A stretch of DNA of 64,000 bases, taken from contig NC_043008.1 in assembly GCF_006345805.1 (NCBI RefSeq), positions 23,746,001 to 23,810,000 of the forward strand, given 5' to 3'. The position numbers were made by a program, and so were the translations under genes. The notes beneath the pieces were generated by a model. The model saw nothing but the letters and a program-made list of their open reading frames with translations. It did not search any database and was not told where the DNA came from. Shown here piece by piece: positions 52,469 through 64,000 of this stretch; position 1 is the first letter of the stretch, and every line of letters starts with the position of its first letter. Source of the stretch: Octopus sinensis (lineage: Eukaryota).

Positions 52469-52566
52469 TCTTCACTTACAACTGTTTCAATTAATACTCA
52501 GTAAATATTAAGTAAATACTAAATTTATATTTATATGATCTGAGTATATCATCTTCAGATGGAAAG
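52469..52566 (-). ncRNA. hammerhead ribozyme motif (Penelope pLTR-type)
   Basis: CTGAAGA (rc of 52552-52558), stem atactcag/ctgagtat, GAAAC-agtt-GTA; stem I weak. Confidence 0.55.
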
Positions 52567-53523
52567 AATATACTCTTGGATGTTTTATAGGTGCTCATGG
52601 ATTCATTATAGCAGACTGAATTATACGGTTTATGATTTGTAATGTTATATGTTAGAGGCGAGGGGTTTACATGTTCATTGGAGATAGATAGTGTAGGTAA
52701 ATAGAATTAGAACAATAAATGAATAAATTATAGAGATTATAGAGGACATTTAAATATAAAAAAGACAAGTTTATGGTTAATAAAAAATGGAATATTCATT
52801 TATAAAGTATGAATAAAGTTATAAAAATCTATATATATGCAAGTACGCACGTATACATATACACACATACATATATGTATCCGTACGTCCATATATATAC
52901 ACAGAGACACTCGCATATACCGACATATATACATACATTCACACGTACACGCATACTCGTTCATACACGAATATACGTATATATACGCATGCACAAATAC
53001 ATGAATACACATGCTCACTCACATATACATGTATGTATATATATATGTGTGTTTACTCTTCTTACCATCACCCCTAACAAGAACTTATATATATATGTAT
53101 ATATATATACATACGTACATACATACATAAATACATAGACAGACATACATACACATACAGATACACATACATACACATGCACGTATCTATGTAGATTCAT
53201 ATATACTTAAACACATAATCAAACATATTTTCATTTACGTACGAATATATACATATATGCACAAATAGTTCCATGAATAAGTTTGTGTTTACACACACGT
53301 ATATACATTATACGCGTCTAATAAAAACCCACTGATAAATATTCACATCTATAAATATATATATATATACATAAACACGCACAATACCGTTAGTTAAGGA
53401 AGGAGGACGAAAGAGTGAAGAAAGGAAGAGAGAAGGAAAAATCCTTTTCGATTTTGGCAGTAAATCGAAAAATCCTTTTCGATTTGGGTCAGTAACCAGC
53501 CAGGAATCACAGAGAGAGAGAGG

Positions 53524-53569
<46 letters not shown>

Positions 53570-53849
53570 GACAGAGGGAAAAGAAGAAAGTGATGAGATG
53601 TAATAGAGTAACCGTGTATAAATCATATGCCCGTATGCGCATACATATACATAGACATACATATACATATATGTACGTGTATGTATATATATAAAAGTAT
53701 GTGTGTGTATATATATATATGTGTGTGTGTATATGTATATATATATATATACACATATACATTCACACAACTATGTGTCTGACGTGTTGAATACAAATGT
53801 AAACATTGTTAAAAGAAGGAAAGCAGTATGCAATTTTGGGGGTATAACT

Positions 53850-54410
53850 TATTAGGCCATTAAAATTAAATTGAAAATAAATTTATCATAAATCAAAAGT
53901 AATATTCTAGAAGAGCAGCACCATATAGACATGGACCGTATAGACTTCCAATGATGTGCAACTTATGCCTAACTGAGAAATTGTTCATTTTCTTTCAAGA
54001 CAAATTTGCTTTGAACCAGAAATTAGAACTTTTGAATTCTTGCAGGTACACTTCAAAGTATAGAATGTCTAACGAGAAAATCCTGTACAGATAACAAAGA
54101 ATTGGCATTTGAATTTGATAATTTCACTTAAATCGATATCACCTTGTATAGAAATCATTTCAGCTCTTTGCATTTCGAGAAACTTTCGACTATATATAAA
54201 CTATATTAGCCACCCACCAAAGACCCTAAAAAACAAAACCTCTATAATGCGCTTGAATGTATCCCTTCGAAAACTACGCGAAAATCTTTTTATATATCTT
54301 ATTTCGCCTACAAAACTTTTCAAGGATGATAATTTTAAGAGCACACGCCAAAGGAACATCTTTGTCCATATAAGTTTAAAGATATCGAAAGTCTGCAAGT
54401 GTTTAGTAAG
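53850..54410 (+). mobile_element. Naiad-type Penelope 3' fragment
   Basis: CNLCLTEKLFI..LNQKLELLNSCRY; homologous to 43270-43500. Confidence 0.8.
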
Positions 54411-54438
54411 TTATTTAATTATTATTATTATTATTATT

Positions 54439-54989
54439 GAGTGAGAGAGCAGTGCATGCCATCAAAGTGACACTGGGGTAAAATATACGAAGCCCAATAT
54501 ACCCATCATGACTACCCGTCTGATAAAGGTACACCAGGCACATGCATCACAACCATATGTGCGCGACATGGTGATCTCATATCAAGATAAACAGCACATG
54601 ACCTTGCAGGTGGGGCCCAGTTAGAATTTTCTTCAGATTGAGTAGCCCATCCCGCTCAAACGGTCCCTGAATAAGGGTTGTTTAAGGATGTTGAAAGAAC
54701 CACCCATGTTTCTAGAGGTGAACTATTCAAACCCCAAAGAATCCCTCTCAACACATGGCTATGATGCTCCCCCACTACTTCTGCTCGTGATCAGAGATGC
54801 ACATATTGTCAGCCACGAAGGGACATGCTCAACTGGTTAAGGTCAAACAACTGACAAGCAAATCTGTGGTATTGAGCAGAATATTTGCTGTAGCCCATCT
54901 TTTATACCAAGACAAAACAATGTACATGATAACACTTGCAATCAGTTAAGATCAGAAGCCATGAGAGCCACTGCCTGGTACTGCATCAG
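54439..54989 (-). mobile_element. ~555-bp (TAA)n-associated element, copy 3
   Basis: End-to-end homology with 10086-10640; (TTA)n both sides. Confidence 0.9.
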
Positions 54990-55086
<97 letters not shown>

Positions 55087-55115
55087 TTGTTGCTGTTGTT
55101 ATTATTGTTATCATT

Positions 55116-55505
55116 AAGTGAAAATGTTGCGCATGCCATCAGAGTGACATTGAGGCAGTTAGAATTTTCTTCAGGTCGAGTAGCTCATCCCGCTAAATGG
55201 TTCTTGAATAATTGTTGTTTAAGGATGTTGAACGAAACACTCACATGTCAAGAGTTGAATTATTCAAACCTCAAAGAATTCTTCTGAACGCATGACTATG
55301 ATGCTCCTCCACTACTTCTGCTCGTGATCAGAGATGCACATATCGTCAGCCACTAAGGGACATGTTCAAATAGTTAAAGTTAAACAAATGCTATTGAGCA
55401 GAATATTTGCTATAGCCCATCTTTTATACCAAGACAAAACATGTACATGATAACAGTTCCAGTCAGTGAAGATCAAAAGCCTGAGAGCAACTGCCTGGTA
55501 CTGCA
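55116..55505 (-). mobile_element. internally deleted copy 4 of the ~555-bp element
   Basis: Retains both ends; lacks the segment between gtgaca(c/t)t and cagttagaattttc. Confidence 0.82.
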
Positions 55506-55765
55506 ATTATTCTTAACATTGATATGTATTTTTAAAGTGTTTTGAAAACAGTCTTTGATATTAATATTAATATTTTATATTTATTAAAATTTATTTATAC
55601 TCTCACATTCAATAGTTAAATGTATTTTTTCGTTACATTGTCTTATTGTCGCAGTGTGTACCTCATCTTATCAAAGAAACATATATACAAGAAATTTTTA
55701 TATTCAAACTGCATAAACTATTGTAGTTAGTATTCAACTTTAATTTTGATATATAATTTTGAAAA

Positions 55766-57806
55766 TAGGCGCAGGAGTGGTTGTGTGGTAAGTAGCTTGC
55801 TTACTTCCCATGAGTCTTTGGTGTCAGTGTACGCATGCGTCATTGTGTTGTGCACTATAGAAGATAGTTGGCGGCGTTTAACCAGCGAAAAAGTAGCTGC
55901 TGTAAGGTAAGGCTTTTGTCTCTTGGATCCAGTGGGGGTTGTTGTCTGTGGTTATATTTTTACAAACGAGAAGTCCTTACTAGATTCAGGACTTTGGTCT
56001 GCTTGCAGTTCAGCAATATTGTTCACATTAAGTGAAAGTTATTTCTCATTGTGGGAAGTATAGTTTGGGGGCGTATCCTGCCACCAAAAGTTGTTCACTG
56101 TTTGTGAATAGTGTGTGCTTTTACAGCAACGTTTACCAATAATTAGAAAGCTGTATTTCAAGTGGAGCAGTCCAGGTTGTAATCGGAGTACCATAGGGCT
56201 TGGTGTACCTGAATGCCCTGAAGATTTTTTTTATATCTCTGGGGGTGTCCAATATGCAACGGTGTGGTTGCTTTCTGACACCCCAGTAGAGGCTCACAGT
56301 TTTGAGAGCTAGCCCTTTGAGGGTAGAGAAATTTTGTTTCTTCCCACTTATTATGGGAAAAAAATTGACGAGTTCCTGGGTCTGTGGTTTGACACCCAGA
56401 ATTGAACCCGAGTGGATAGAGAATACTATCCGTCGGGGTCTGGGTGGAAACGGAGCCAGGCTTCTCAATGTGAAAATTCTTCCTGCGGCTGATTGGGTTG
56501 GGTCAAAGCTGTTTTGACCCTGTGGATCCAATCAGCCATGAATCTGGTTATGCTAGATTTTTTGAAAATGGCCGGGTGCAGGTACCCGGTGATTCTTGAA
56601 GGTCGCCCCGCACCAGGTGTCATCGATGCCTGGAGCCTGGCCTTATAAAGGAAAACTGGCCTCAGGAACAAAACAAAGTCCTGGAGAATTTAATTGAGAC
56701 CTCTGTAGAAGAAGGATCGAAGGAGGTCGAGGAGGCGGAGGACTCCTCAAAGAAGGGCCGCAAGAGGAAGAAGGTGAGCAATAATGGGTGCTCACCAAAG
56801 GATCCTAGGGATCAGGGAGGGGAGGCGAGGCGAATCTCCCGGTCACGGAGGAGACGCACCCTCCCTCAATTGAGAAGAAAAAAGAGGAAGAGGAACGGGA
56901 CATTGCCGGCAGTTGGTGACATAGCACCGGACTGTCCCGGAACCTTGCCGGTAGGGGTTGTGCCGTCGGCAATGGAAGAGGCACCATTGGAGGTAATTGT
57001 GCCGCCAATGGTAGAATTGACTACCTCGAACCGGAGGAAGACGAACTATTGGTCTTTTTCTACAGAGGTGGAGAGGTAGAAGAGGTGGTGGAAAAGCATC
57101 ATAAGGGAGTACCTTTCACCTTCACACAGGATCCAGAATGGCCTGTGTAGATAGCTGTGGAGGTCATAACGTTGCCCGTGATGCGTAGGCTGGAGGGACT
57201 TAATGAGGAATATCGCTAGTGGCCGGGCGACGCCGACTCGGAGCCCGTCTTGGTCTTGAATGAGGCGTGGGTGATGGCGGAGTATACGGGCACAAGCGAT
57301 GTTGGGGAGTAATAGTGACAAAAGGTTGAAAAACCTCAGTGTTATAATGTTTATTGTATAATGTTAAATGTTTATTGTATTTTATTGTGTTTAAGAGGCT
57401 TAACGCCCCAATTTTTAAATGGACTATTAAGTCCAATAATTGTAAACTGAAGTAAGAGGTTCAATATCTCGTATTGTCTTTTTTTTTGTGAAAAAAAAGA
57501 GAGAAGAGAATAATGTTTTAGAGAAGCAAAATATGGGCGGGCATTTTTTGTCTTCTCCCATTAATATCATCCTTTTTTCATCCCTCACCTCATTAATGCT
57601 TTTCTCCGGCCCGCAAGCTACTCTGTGTCATGCCTTCATGGCAAAATCTTTGAAATAAAGTAGCTTGCTTACAAACCACGTGGTTTCGGGTTCAGTTCCA
57701 CTGTGTGGCACGTTGGGCAAGTGTCTTCTACTATAGCCTCGGGCCAACCAAAGCCTTGTGAGTGGATTTTGAAGACGGAAACTGAAAGAAGCCCGTTGTA
57801 TTTACG

Positions 57807-57846
<40 letters not shown>

Positions 57847-58070
57847 GTGTGTGTGTGTGTGTGTGTGTTCGTGTGTCTGTGTTTGTCACCCCAACATCAC
57901 TTGACAACCGATGTTGGTGTTTACGTCCTCGTAACTTAGCGGTTCGGCATAAGAATCCGATAGAATAACTACTAAGCTTACAAAGAATAAGTCCTAGAAT
58001 TGATTTGCTCGACTGAAGGCGATGCTTCAGCATGGCCGCAGTCAAATGTCTGAAACAAGTAAAAGAATCA
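55766..58070 (+). mobile_element. tRNA-derived SINE split by a 1.85-kb insertion
   Basis: Head aggcgcaggagtggttgtgtggtaag at ~55766 resumes at 57673 with B-box-like gggttcagttcc and gttgggcaagtgtctt; internal (TA)n(TG)n; tail gaaacaagtaaaaga. Confidence 0.88.
55805..57657 (+). mobile_element. ORF1-only (Gag-like) retroposon with 15-bp TSD
   Basis: TSD aagtagcttgcttac at 55790-55804 and 57658-57672; decayed ORF1 with GVQYATVWL and YPVILEGR..CHRC; AATAAA at the 3' junction; no RT. Confidence 0.75.
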
Positions 58071-58764
58071 AAAGAGAGTAATTAATTTATTTTCAATTTA
58101 ATTTTGCATAGTCTGCTAATTTATATCCCCCAAATTGCATACTGCTATCCTTCTTTTAACAATTTTTACATTTCTTTTCAATACGCCAAACACATAGTTT
58201 GTGTATGTATGTATGTATGTATGTATGTATGTATGTATGTATGTATGTATGTATGTATGTATGTATCCATATGTGTGTGTGTGTGTGTGTGAACTTACTG
58301 TTAACAAAAGTTGGGATGCGTGGCATTCAGTTACTCATTAAATGAAAAATGCATCAAATACTTAAAAGCGTACACGTAGGACAGACACAGAAGGACCCTA
58401 ATTCTCTATCAGTTATCCACCAAAATACTAATAATCAGTTCCATGCCTTTAACGATTAGACTGAGAACTTCGTATATCGGCGGCACCCGCAAAGTTTGCG
58501 AAGAGTTAGGGCTCGAGCAGGCAAAACAATACAGGTTGGACGTACGAAAGTAAACAAATGTAATTTGAAACAATAGACGAAGACGGAATAAATACAGCCT
58601 TTCGACCAAACACGAGAGTGGTGGGTAACGCGTAGAAATCTTCAATGGATATTAATATAGAAATAGCAAAAGAGAAAATGTTGGCCGGCAAGCTAAGCGT
58701 CCGGTGGCGAAAAGGCAGAGATAAAAGGAAAGGCGAATGAGAGAGAGAGGAGAGAGAGAGAGAG

Positions 58765-58806
<42 letters not shown>

Positions 58807-59049
58807 AGCAGAGTGAAAAGGGAAGGTGGGAAGGAAGGGAAAAAGTCTAAAGTTAAGCGTGAGAAGACGAGAGAGAGAGAGGGAGAGAGGAAATTGGGAT
58901 GTTAGAAAAGGAATATGAGGACGTGAGAGAAACAAAGAAACAAGGTAGAGTCGCAAAAATATATAAAAACTTACTGTTAACATAAGTCGGGAAGTATGTA
59001 CATGTATGTCTACGTATGCACACATGTCATATGTATATACACGTGATTA

Positions 59050-59658
59050 CTATATTACTATATTACATCTCAAGGGAACATCAGTGGAAAGCACAGGTAG
59101 GAATTATTGGTTCAAATTTTTTGGGGCATTTGTAGTACACAGGATCTGCCCTGAAATGAACGGAGTAAAAGATAGAATAAAGGGAATAATATGAGTTAGG
59201 ATGGGAACCAAGTATGACAAAAATGAGTCTGGTGCTTTATTCCATGAGGACAGTTATCACGAGTTCATCGAGGCCGCTGGAGAGAACGTATTATATCACA
59301 GATGTCGGCTGATAGATCGTCCATCTCGCTTATTACGAAGATCTGATGGACAGAATAGACTATATCTAAAATTGTGGAAAAAGTGTCAAAAAAAAAAAAG
59401 AAAAAACAGTTAGCGAAATGTATTTTTGAAATTCTGTGAAATTTATGTTTTGTAAATTTTGTGAATTCAGTAGTAATTTTTGTGAAAACCATTATGGAAA
59501 AAGGCTAACGAAATGTAACCACCCGATTTCGGGGATCTTTTCATGACTCATTATTTTAAAAATTTTCTTCGTCTTATTTCATCCTCTTTTACTATTTTTA
59601 AGTTCCCCGACTGTATCGCCCCCATCTATATTTAGTCCTTTATGTATAATAAAGAAAT
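59050..59658 (+). mobile_element. probable 3' fragment of a related ORF1-only element
   Basis: KGII*VRMGTKYD resembles KGVIQVKLENGTFD of the 59677 element; tail tttagtcctttatgtataataaagaaat. Confidence 0.5.
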
Positions 59659-59676
59659 CATTCGAAATTTGTCCTT

Positions 59677-61265
59677 CGTGGTGTGCAATTGGTTATTGTT
59701 TGAGCTTTGCGTTTTGTTTTGTTGTTGGATTGTGTGTTGCAGAAGTTGTTATTGTTGAAAGTACTATTGTAGTTTAATTTTGAAAATTATTTTGTAGCTA
59801 CCCTTGCGGATATGTAAACAACGAGTTACGCACAGGCTGGAGGCAAAAGCCTGTCGGCCGACATGTTGCAGCTCAAAGAAGTATTAATCGAGAAGGAAGG
59901 TTTGAAAAAATATTTCGAAAATTTCAAGGAGGGAGATTGCTTGCGAATCACACCGCCTGAGGAAGACGCAGAAAAAGCGAGGAAAAAAATCATTGTATAT
60001 AGAACGTGGAGTGTGGCCAACAAGAAAATAGAAGTGGCAGAAACAGACGACAATGAGGAATGTCTAACGGAAATTAAAAACAGAACGACCTTCTACGCAA
60101 GAGGAAGGAAGTTCGCCACCGTGGAGGTGCGGTTTGAAAGTGAGGAGGAGACCAAGAAACCCGCTACCACGATATTAAGAACAGCTAGGTGGATATTTCT
60201 TCCGACCTATTGTGGAAAAATGAAGGTGAAAATAGGAAAGGTGCTACAGGAGATGGAGGTAGAGAGACTTGTAGCAGCTATAATCTACAATTGTAAGGAG
60301 GAGGTGGACATACTCAAGGTTGAAAAATCGAGAGACGTCAACTGGTGGGGTTATGGTATGGAAGCACTGATACATATAACCCTGCCAGATCTACACAACA
60401 TTACAGAAGAGTTGGTGCTCCCCGACGAAACCCGACCGAGAGTCGTGGTGGAGGGGAGACCACCAGTATGTTATAACTGTAAAAGAAGGGGACATATGCA
60501 AGCAAGGTGTCCCCTAGGAAAAGTGCAGGCAGAAGAGGAGGAAATGTGCAGCGACGCAGCGAGAGAGGATGAAGAAGAAAAAGAGGAAGAGGAAAGAGTA
60601 GATGAAACAACGGCAGACAGAAAGAGAACAAGGGTGGAGTCACCACCAAAAAGCCCAAAGAAAAGTAAAGTAGAAAATGAAGGAAGAAAGACAACAGCAA
60701 GTGAAAAAAGTACAGAGATTCGAACGCAGGAACTGAAGACAGTAACAATGAGTGAAGAAGGTAAAGTTAAAAAAGAGAAATGCGAGGAATGGATGAGGAA
60801 CGCGTTGGAGAGAATGCATTATGTAAAACAAACAGGATGACCTACGGGAGAGAATATAAGAAGGATAACATTTTATGAAAAAAATATGGCGATTGAAAAA
60901 AGATTTACAAAAACAAAAGGAGTGATACAAGTGAAATTAGAAAACGGCACGTTCGATCCAAGCGCTAGAGCGGTGTTAACAGAAAAAGAAAAAATAGACA
61001 AATTGGTAGAGACTTTTCAAGAGAAGAATAAAATAAGTAAAATAAATATTCGCTATGATAGCCTGCCCAACGTGATTGGGATGGAGGATGTCATCGAATC
61101 TGATAGATAAGTGGAACAGTTACAAAATGTATAAGCCATTCCATTTCCCATTACACATAACTCATTTCATATTCATTATTTGTTTTATGTACCCCAAATT
61201 TTGCATTGTTTTGTATGTAAATTGTAATGTCCTTTCTCTATATTAACCCGTCATGGGTAATAAAA
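59677..61265 (+). mobile_element. ORF1-only retroposon (~1.6 kb) between 22-bp direct repeats
   Basis: aaatcattcgaaatttgtcctt at 59655-59676 and 61266-61287; single ORF; tail aacccgtcatgggtaataaaaaaat. Confidence 0.8.
59812..61110 (+). pseudogene. L1/Tx1-type Gag-like ORF1 with CCHC zinc knuckle (~430 codons, two premature stops)
   Basis: ATG 59812, TAA 59815, ORF 59863-60840, in-frame continuation to 61110; SYAQA, RGRKFATVEVRF, VVVEGRPPVCYNCKRRGHMQARC. Confidence 0.82.
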
Positions 61266-61269
61266 AAAT

Positions 61270-62430
61270 CATTCGAAATTTGTCCTTTTTTGGATTCGGA
61301 CGTGGTCATTTAAGGACGGTAGGTTGCGTAGCTTCTTGTTTTACGCGTGTTTGAACACCTTGTTTCTTCTGCGCAAGCGAGTCCGTTGTCATTGTCCCCC
61401 TTGCTTGAGGGTGGGGGAAGCGTGTGATTGAAAAATAAACTGTGACGAAATTAGCTTTTCCGACATGGGTTAGTCGGAGGGTGAGCTAGTGAAGTACATA
61501 AATAGTATGGAGGAGGGATTGAGGAAGAGAGAAGCAAATGGAAAGAAGAGTTTTGCGGATGTAACCGAAACAAAAAGTCGAAATCCAGCAGTTATAAAAG
61601 TGTAGAAATATGATGCTAAGGGAGGGGCATGAAATAAGACTGACCCCTCCCGGCGAAGTAGTTCACTACGTAGAAAAGAAAAAGTGATATTTAAAACGTT
61701 CATCAAAAAGGGAAAATCCATTAACGTAGCAGAGAGGAAAGAGATTAAGAAGTGTTTGGCACCTATCTGATCGGATATAATACACCTGGCCAGGGGTGCC
61801 AAATTTGCCACCGTGGTTGTGCGTTTTTCCACAGAAGAGAAAGCCAGGCAACAGTCCGTAGCCTCAGTATCAACAGACGAAATAATCCTCCTACCCTCTT
61901 ACGTTGGAAGGCGTGCCTACAGAGTGAGGGTGGAGGAGATACCACCAGAGGTGGAGGAGATACCACCAGAGGTGTAGGTTGCCTGGCTGATAGCAGCGAT
62001 AGTGTTGGGCCTGGAGGAGAAAGTGATAGTCCTCCAGGCCGTGAGAGAGTACCGGCGAGAAACCCGATAGGGTAGCGCCTGGAAATGGTGATCCAAGCAG
62101 CCCCAGGGACCGTGGACAATACTGTGGATACCATGAAGAAAGTTGAGGGTAATGGTGGCGAGCAGGAGGCCGAAGTGATTCAAGTGTGGCCAGATTGGCC
62201 ACATAAGAGCCGAATACCTTCCCCTCCTGCAAAAGTACGAAAAGTAACCTCGGTGGAGAACGCACCTTGACTCGAGACGCCAAAGGTGGAAGAAGACTGA
62301 GGCAAGGAACTGGGTGAACAGGTGGAAACAACAGAGAAATAGACGGAGACGACCAAAAGGAAAAACAGAAAGAAAAAGAGAAAGAACCTCACAGGTGATG
62401 ATGATCCCCAACCCGATCTATCCCTACACC
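61270..62430 (+). mobile_element. 5' UTR and decayed Gag-like ORF1 of a related element
   Basis: KSFADV, LARGAKFATVVVRFSTEE, VRVEEIPPEV; 21-bp tandem duplication at ~61930-61974. Confidence 0.7.
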
Positions 62431-62439
62431 ACTCTGCCC

Positions 62440-64000
62440 CATTCTCGGGCTGAGAATCTTCCAAGGGAAGGTGTGCCAGAAGAAAGTAATTCAACAACGC
62501 GGGTTGATAAACCATAAGACGTGTGGCCAGAACCCCCCTCCCCCCGAAAATAACCATAGCGAGGTTCCTTCCACAGTTGAATTGGAACAGTCAAAAAGAC
62601 TGATAGGCGCGAAGAGGACAAAGGTTAAGTGGCCGAAAGCAAATGACGCAGCGAGTTATAAAAAATTTGACGACGAGGTAGCAAGAATGACCAAATTCAA
62701 AGGCGACGACGAACAAAATCTCGAAAACCTGGCTAATACAATCTACCAGGAAGGAGAGAAAAGATTTGGACTGGAAACAACAGGGAAGGTAGAATCAACG
62801 ACAAAGAGAGGACAATCGAGGAGAGAAAGACGGATAACAAAGATTCGAGAAGAGAAGAAAAAACTCAGAACGAAATGGAGGGATGCAAAGGAGAAGGAAA
62901 GAGAAGGACTAAAGCAGCTATATGAAGAGATAAAAAAGAGGCATCGAGATCTGCTAAGAAAACAAAGAAGGAGGAGCAGAAGAAAGAAGAGAGAAAAAAA
63001 CTATCGTAGATTTGTGAACAATCCCTATCAATATGCGAAACATCTATTTACTGAAAGTAAAAGCGGAAAATTGGATTGCACGAAAGAAGAGCTCGAACAA
63101 CATCTGAAAGAGACATACAGCGACTCTGACAGAAATGAAGTACTCCCAGAAGTGCACGGACTGAAGAAATCACCTGACCCAAAAGTACCATTTGATTTGA
63201 GCGACATCAAATGGAAAGAAATGGATGAGTTCAAAAGGAAAGCAAGAGCAAAAAGTGCACCAGGGAACGATGAAGTGAGCTACAAGGTATACAAATATTG
63301 CCCGAAATTACGATTGCAGCTGTTTGCACTGATAAGAGAAATGTGGAAGAAGAAAGATGTAGCGGAGCGTTGGTGTATAGCCGAAGGTATCTATCTACCT
63401 AAAGAAAAAGAGGCAAAAACACTAGGCCAATTTAGACCGATTTCACTTCTATATGCAGACAGGAAAATCATGTTCGGAATAATTGCTAGACGAATCATAA
63501 GAATCGTACAGCATAACGGATACTTTAATGAAGCGATTCAAAAAGCAGGAATCCCCGGAATCCCTGGGTGCATAGAACACGCATTTTCCATCTGGGAAGC
63601 CATCACTTGTGCAAAACAAATGAAGAAAAACCTGTATATTGTTTGACTAGATCTTGCCAATGATTATGGATCTGTTCCGCACGCAATAATATAAACAGCG
63701 ATGGACTTCTTTTGGATTCCAAAAGATGTTCAACGAATGCTCATGTCGTACTACGACAACCTGAGGATGAGATTTACAGCAGGAAAGTTCACAACGGTGT
63801 GGCAACGGCTTGAAATAGGTATTGCAGCCGGATGCACTATATCAGTCATCTTATTCGTGCTAGTCATGGAAATGCTACTCAGATCTACAAACTGTGAGAA
63901 AGCTGTTACAAAGACACCATTAAGGGCTTTTATGGACGACGTAACTATATTATCGGAAAGTAGAGAAGCAGCAGAGGGAACGTTAGAGCGGTTGAACGAA
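62440..64000 (+). mobile_element. HERO-like RLE LINE, 5' part with RT, runs off the window
   Basis: GLRIFQGKVC zinc-finger remnant, KVKWPKAND, KARAKSAPGND, FRPISLL, QKAGIPGIPGCIEH, LDLANDYGSVPH, GIAAGCTIS, AFMDD; in-frame stops. Confidence 0.9.

Noticed and set aside
1-64000. HERO 3' end at the window start and HERO 5' part at the end as one split element
   Set aside because: Order is 3' then 5' on the same strand, so they are separate copies
1-64000. CRISPR array, operons or prokaryotic systems
   Set aside because: No repeat-spacer array; content is eukaryotic transposon DNA, and many listed ORFs use non-ATG starts

Overview
AT-rich, microsatellite-rich eukaryotic DNA, almost entirely transposable elements; no host gene can be supported. 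The SINE/LINE repertoire suggests a cephalopod (Octopus-like) genome, which is an inference. Contents: a HERO-type RLE LINE 3' end and 5' part at the two window edges; a mariner; an IR/DR Tc1 element and a SINE nested in an RTE remnant; a ~27 kb stack of R4/Dong-type RLE LINEs, all on the minus strand and separated by (TTA)n; an internally deleted Gypsy LTR element; L1/Tx1 remnants; several Penelope-like elements; non-autonomous Helitrons; tRNA SINEs. Most unusual: (1) TSD-bounded retroposons carrying only a Gag-like ORF1 and no RT, one sharing its 3' tail with a SINE and stacked at one target site; (2) a ~555-bp non-coding element with fixed ends that sits only in (TAA)n; (3) several hammerhead ribozyme motifs, including a fold-back element with hammerhead parts on both strands; (4) a 250-bp inversion of a Penelope RT palm between 9-bp inverted repeats. 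Coordinates were read by eye; edges of decayed elements are approximate.
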